A DNA stretch of 64,000 bases from Candidatus Subterrananammoxibius californiae (lineage in GTDB: Bacteria > Planctomycetota > Brocadiia > Brocadiales > Subterrananammoxibiaceae), in NCBI GenBank assembly GCA_030586555.1, contig JAURAC010000001.1:1-64000 (forward strand), given 5' to 3'. The translations under genes were made by a program, and so were the position numbers. Shown piece by piece: positions 59,651 to 64,000 of the stretch; the first letter of the stretch is position 1, and the number at the start of each line of letters is the position of its first letter. The notes beneath the pieces are model-generated. The model was not told the origin of the DNA and did not search any database. It saw nothing but the letters and a program-made list of their open reading frames with translations.

Positions 59651-60265
59651 GTGAATAACGATGTTTTAACCTCGGGCGAGGTGGCAAGGATTTGCAACGT
59701 CAGCAGTCCTACGGTTATCAAATGGATTGACTCTGGCATGCTCAAAGGCTTTAGAATCCCTGGTTCTAAGGCAAGACGTGTTGCAAGAAAAGATTTGCTT
59801 GCATTTATGGTTGAACATGGCATGCCTTTAGAAAACCTCAATGATATTAAAACCAAAATCCTTGTAATTGATGATAACGTCAATTTTTGCAATATGCTTA
59901 AGAGAGAATTTGACCTCGATGGCTCGTTTGATGCCTTAATCGTCCAGAACGCATTCAGGGCAGGGACAATGCTTGAAGAATTTAAGCCCGACATCGTCCT
60001 GTTAGACGTGCTCCTCGACGGCATAAACGGCAAGGATGTATGCAAATTCCTCAGGCAAAATGCAGATTTCAACCACATAAAGGTTATTGGCACGTCTGGG
60101 GTCTATTCACAAGAGTCAATAATGGAGCATGATACTGGAGGGTTTGACGGCTTTCTCAAAAAGCCGTTTAAATTTAGTGAGTTAAAGGAAAAGATTTATG
60201 AGCTTCAAAATGCCGAACCTTCAACATTGGCTAAAAGGCAAATCATTGAACATATAACAGATTAG
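59651..60265 (+). CDS. Response regulator with N-terminal excisionase-like HTH
   Basis: LTSGEVARIC.VS..TV.KWID.G.L; receiver domain ILVIDD..DIVLLD..KKPF. Confidence 0.88.
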   Translation: MNNDVLTSGEVARICNVSSPTVIKWIDSGMLKGFRIPGSKARRVARKDLLAFMVEHGMPLENLNDIKTKILVIDDNVNFCNMLKREFDLDGSFDALIVQNAFRAGTMLEEFKPDIVLLDVLLDGINGKDVCKFLRQNADFNHIKVIGTSGVYSQESIMEHDTGGFDGFLKKPFKFSELKEKIYELQNAEPSTLAKRQIIEHITD

Positions 60266-60407
60266 AAGCAAAAAAGATGTTTAAAAATTCTGTGACAAGT
60301 ACAATCAATTAATTACATAGCGCTAAAGATTACGTTTTATTTAGAAAACACCCCAACTCAGCTCACAGGACGTGGGAGGGATGGGAAGGGGGTTGGAGGA
60401 GATTGCG

Positions 60408-63203
60408 ATGAAAATGACAATGGGTGCAAAGGTAATTATCCTATTCATGGTGGGAGGCCTGCTGCCTTTTATAACTATTGGCTTCATCAGTTATAACAAA
60501 GCAAGCACATCGCTCAGAGAGCAGGCGATGAACCAGTTGATGTCTGTCAGAGAAATGAAAAAAGCCGAGCTTGAGAAATATTTTGCAAGTAGAATGTCAG
60601 ACATTAAGACGCTCGCTTCGAGTACCATGACGATTAACGCCTTAGAAGCATTTAAGACATCCTTTAAGGAAATAGGGGCGGAAAAGGCAAGAAAGTTCTA
60701 TGTGTTTGATAACCCATACCCTTCGGGCAAAAAGCTTGAGTTAATAGATGCCCAGGACGGCAGTCCCTATACCATGCTTCACACCACATATCACCCACAC
60801 TTCAAGTACTATTTAGAGGAATGCGACAATTTTTATGATATATTCTTAGTAGATTCGGACACTGGCGACATCGTTTATACAGTCTTCAAAGAGGACGATT
60901 TTGGAACAAATCTTTATAACGGAAAATACAAGGATACAAACATTGGCGAATTAGCCAGGGCAGTCAACGCTGCGCAGGATAAGACCGTCAAGGATGTGGA
61001 TTTCCAGTTTTACGAACCATCCAACGGCGACCCGGCGCGTTTTATGGCTTGTCCAGTCCTCGACGAAACAGGGAAAAAGATAGGGATTCTCATATTCCAA
61101 TTATCCATAGAGGCTATTGACGCCGTAATGACGACACGCGCTGGATTAGGAGAAACAGGAGAAGCATACCTTGTCGGACCAGATGAATTACTACGCTCAA
61201 ACTCAAGGTTTTCAAAGGAACCCACTGTCCTGAAATTAAAGGTTGATACCGTTGCAACGCAAGAGTCTCTAAACAATCAAACAAGTACAAAGGTAATTAA
61301 AGATTACAGAGGAATTCCAGTGCTCAGTGCCTACTCCCCATTAAAGGTAGGGGAAATGTCATGGGCAATCATTGCAGAGATAGATGAAGCTGAGGCATTA
61401 AAGGCGGCAATCTCGCTAAGGAATCGGATGCTAATAATAGGCATAATAATCACAATAGGCGTTGCCGGGCTTGGTTGCCTGGTAGTAAGGGTTACAGGGC
61501 GTGTAACCAACTTGTTAAAAAATCTGGTTAAAAACCTTTCTGAAGGTTCCTCGCAAATAGCCTCGGCGTCAGAGCAAATCACAGCTTCAAGCAAAAACCT
61601 TTCACAGTCAACAACGAGACAGGCAGCAGCAGTTGAGGAGACATCATCTTCGATGGAAGAAATGGCATCCATGACCAAGCAGAATGCCGACCATGCCGGA
61701 GAAGCGGCACAATTTGCGGCTTTATGTAATAAATCCGCAGATGAAGGCAGCCACTCAATGTTTGAGATGAACAAGGCTATGAGTGAGATTGACCAGAGCA
61801 GCAAGAAGATAGGAGAGATAATCAGAACAATAGACGGCATAGCGTCCCAGACCAACCTCCTTGCATTAAATGCTGGAGTTGAGGCTGGCAAGGCGAGCGA
61901 ACAGGGTAAAGGGTTCGCCGTAGTGGCAGGGGAGGTGCGTAATCTTGCACAACGCAGCACTGTGGCGGCAAAGGATACCTCAATATTGATTCAGGAAAGT
62001 TTGAATAAAACAGGTGCAGGCACTGAGTTGGTGAAGAAATGCACCGAGTCGTTCCAGAATATAGTAACAAATGTCAAGAAGATGGCTGATTTGGTTAACG
62101 AAATCTCAGAAGCGTCCCAGGAGCAATCTCAAGGTGTAGCGCAGGTATCCCAGGTAATACAGCAAATTGACCAGGTGCTTCAAGGAAACGAATCTACTGC
62201 AGAGGAAACTGTATCAGCTGCCGAGGAGTTGTTGTCCCAATCGCAAATATTGAACGCAATAGAAGAAATTGCATCCATGACCAAGCAGAATGCCGACCAT
62301 GCCGGAGAGGCGGCACAATTGGCTATTTTATGTAATAAATCCGCAGATGAAGGCAACAAGTCAATGTTAGAGATGAACAAGGCTATGAATGAGATTGACC
62401 AGAGCAGCAAGAAGATAAGCGAGATAATCAGGACAATAGACGGCATAGCATTCCAGACCAATCTCCTTGCATTAAATGCTGCGGTTGAGGCTGCGAGGGC
62501 TGGCGAACAGGGTAAAGGATTTGTGGTGGTGGCAGAAGAGGTACGCAACCTTGCACAGCGCTGCGCTGGAGCGGCAAAGGATACCTCAACATTGATTCAG
62601 GAAAGCCTGTGCAAAATTGATGGAGGCGCTGAACTGGCGAAGAAATGTACCGAGTCGTTACAGAATATAGTAACAAATGTCAAGAAGGTGGTTGATTTGA
62701 TTAATGAAATTTCTGCAGCATCTCAGGAGCAATCTCAGGGTGTGGCGCAGGTATCCAAGGCGATACAGCAAATTGACCAGGTGCTTCAAGGAAACGCATC
62801 TACTGCTGAGGAAACTGCATTGGCTGCTGAGGAATTGTCGTCCCAATCACAAATGTTGAATACATTTATCTCTAAGATAGCAAGTGAGGTAGGCAGCGGA
62901 AACGGAAGCATTAAAGCTGTATCTACCAAAAAAACAGAACCTTCAATTAAGCCCAAGGCACATAATCGCATACATCAGCATATAATTAGTGACGAGATTC
63001 ACACCGCATCAAAAGGAGATAATAATGATGATGATAAGGGACAAGATGGTAATGGCACAAAGGACCAAATAACCTCCCCTCCTTCCGATGCATCTTCTAC
63101 ACCTCACGAATCATTAGCGGAGAGTGACTCCTGGGTTTCAAAGGTATGGGAACCCATACGTGGAACAGGGAAAGCCCTGTTCCACCGTACGGGGTCACGC
63201 TAA
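60408..63203 (+). CDS. Methyl-accepting chemotaxis protein with dCache-like sensor and two tandem signalling domains
   Basis: [30 protein letters not shown] occurs twice, 606 nt apart. Confidence 0.92.
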   Translation: MKMTMGAKVIILFMVGGLLPFITIGFISYNKASTSLREQAMNQLMSVREMKKAELEKYFASRMSDIKTLASSTMTINALEAFKTSFKEIGAEKARKFYVFDNPYPSGKKLELIDAQDGSPYTMLHTTYHPHFKYYLEECDNFYDIFLVDSDTGDIVYTVFKEDDFGTNLYNGKYKDTNIGELARAVNAAQDKTVKDVDFQFYEPSNGDPARFMACPVLDETGKKIGILIFQLSIEAIDAVMTTRAGLGETGEAYLVGPDELLRSNSRFSKEPTVLKLKVDTVATQESLNNQTSTKVIKDYRGIPVLSAYSPLKVGEMSWAIIAEIDEAEALKAAISLRNRMLIIGIIITIGVAGLGCLVVRVTGRVTNLLKNLVKNLSEGSSQIASASEQITASSKNLSQSTTRQAAAVEETSSSMEEMASMTKQNADHAGEAAQFAALCNKSADEGSHSMFEMNKAMSEIDQSSKKIGEIIRTIDGIASQTNLLALNAGVEAGKASEQGKGFAVVAGEVRNLAQRSTVAAKDTSILIQESLNKTGAGTELVKKCTESFQNIVTNVKKMADLVNEISEASQEQSQGVAQVSQVIQQIDQVLQGNESTAEETVSAAEELLSQSQILNAIEEIASMTKQNADHAGEAAQLAILCNKSADEGNKSMLEMNKAMNEIDQSSKKISEIIRTIDGIAFQTNLLALNAAVEAARAGEQGKGFVVVAEEVRNLAQRCAGAAKDTSTLIQESLCKIDGGAELAKKCTESLQNIVTNVKKVVDLINEISAASQEQSQGVAQVSKAIQQIDQVLQGNASTAEETALAAEELSSQSQMLNTFISKIASEVGSGNGSIKAVSTKKTEPSIKPKAHNRIHQHIISDEIHTASKGDNNDDDKGQDGNGTKDQITSPPSDASSTPHESLAESDSWVSKVWEPIRGTGKALFHRTGSR

Positions 63204-63249
63204 ACTAAACGTAAAGGCTAAATGCAGGCTGGCACGGCCTTATTACAGA

Positions 63250-63621
63250 TTATGGCCAGCATCGCCAACGACGATAGTAGGGACGGGGCACATAATAGTA
63301 ATAAGGTCTGGAACCGTAGTTGAAGTTGTAATAATAGTATGGCTTATTCCAGTAAGGATACGGCTTGTAGGAATATGGTAATGGCCTGTAGTTATCATAA
63401 TATCCATTCCAGTATCCATGGTTATAGCCACGGTTGTAACTATTCCAGTATCCTGGTCTATGTACATAATAGGTACCGCCACCCCACCCGAAACCAAAGC
63501 TATCTACAGTATAATAATAGCTAAATCCTAAGTCTCCAGCCTTTGCTTTCGATGTACTTAGAGCCAGACCTGTGCCTGTTAATACCATTGCAAATAGAAT
63601 TGCTACGCAAAATTTTTTCAT
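63250..63621 (-). CDS. Secreted Tyr/Gly/Pro-rich low-complexity protein
   Basis: Signal peptide ending AKA; about one quarter Tyr in the mature part. Confidence 0.65.
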   Translation of the reverse strand: MKKFCVAILFAMVLTGTGLALSTSKAKAGDLGFSYYYTVDSFGFGWGGGTYYVHRPGYWNSYNRGYNHGYWNGYYDNYRPLPYSYKPYPYWNKPYYYYNFNYGSRPYYYYVPRPYYRRWRCWP

Positions 63622-63642
63622 CTCCAATACCTCCAAGACGCT

Positions 63643-64000
63643 TTACTTTCTTTCAAAAAAGGTATGCTGTCTAAGAGAACGGGTCATCTTTCTTAATATT
63701 AGAATTAACGCATTCCTTTCATCCTCTGTTAGAGGTTCGAGCATTGTCTGAAGACGCATCGTCCTTCTCTTTAGTTCCTCTTCGAGTACCTTTTGACCCT
63801 CCTCCGATAAGGATATAACCCATTGGCGCTTATCTCCTCCAAGTGGTTCACGCCTTATTAAAGAAACCTCATCCGCCTTAGGCGGACCATTTCTGAACGA
63901 TTCGAGTGTCGTCAGAAGGCGAGAAATCTGATAAGTATCTAAGTTCAAAAGCGCCTTAAGTTCTTTTAAACTAAGGCGGCCATTATCCTTAAGTAACCGT
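63643..64000 (-). CDS. MarR-family winged-helix regulator (5' end off window)
   Basis: Frame is open to the window edge: ..LSLKELKALLNLD..ISRLL..LE..IRRE..DKR..ISLSEEG. Confidence 0.7.
   Translation of the reverse strand, partial: RLLKDNGRLSLKELKALLNLDTYQISRLLTTLESFRNGPPKADEVSLIRREPLGGDKRQWVISLSEEGQKVLEEELKRRTMRLQTMLEPLTEDERNALILILRKMTRSLRQHTFFERK

Overview
Bacterial chromosomal window, mostly housekeeping genes: hisF, thiG/thiS, coaX, obgE, rpmA, rplU, an RNase E/G, tldD/pmbA, rpmH, nadB, phoB/phoR, kdsC, cobA-hemD, leuB, amt, purD, tRNA-fMet and two chemoreceptors. The gene content (DUF1573 and HEAT proteins, a multiheme cytochrome c, extended NadB N-terminus) suggests Planctomycetota, possibly Brocadiia; this is inference only. 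Two unusual layers stand out. (1) At least six small islands of about 0.5-1.1 kb, with no recombinase visible, mostly carrying toxin-antitoxin pairs. Each sits at the very start or end of a host gene and is bracketed by two diverged, mostly in-frame copies (33-130 bp) of that gene's terminus. (2) A dense set of short palindromic or heptameric repeats (CCGCCTCAGGCGG, GTAG-type REPs, C/G hairpins). Many lie in frame inside conserved proteins, some mark toxin truncation points, and one identical pair flanks a single gene like a cassette. Also present: candidate defence genes (HNH, Abi/HEPN, a SAMHD1-like HD pair next to tRNA-fMet), a stand-alone NrdD glycyl-radical tail, a probable ATT start codon for leuB, and a possible 13-aa basic micropeptide. 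Family assignments come from recognising motifs by eye; no database searches were run.
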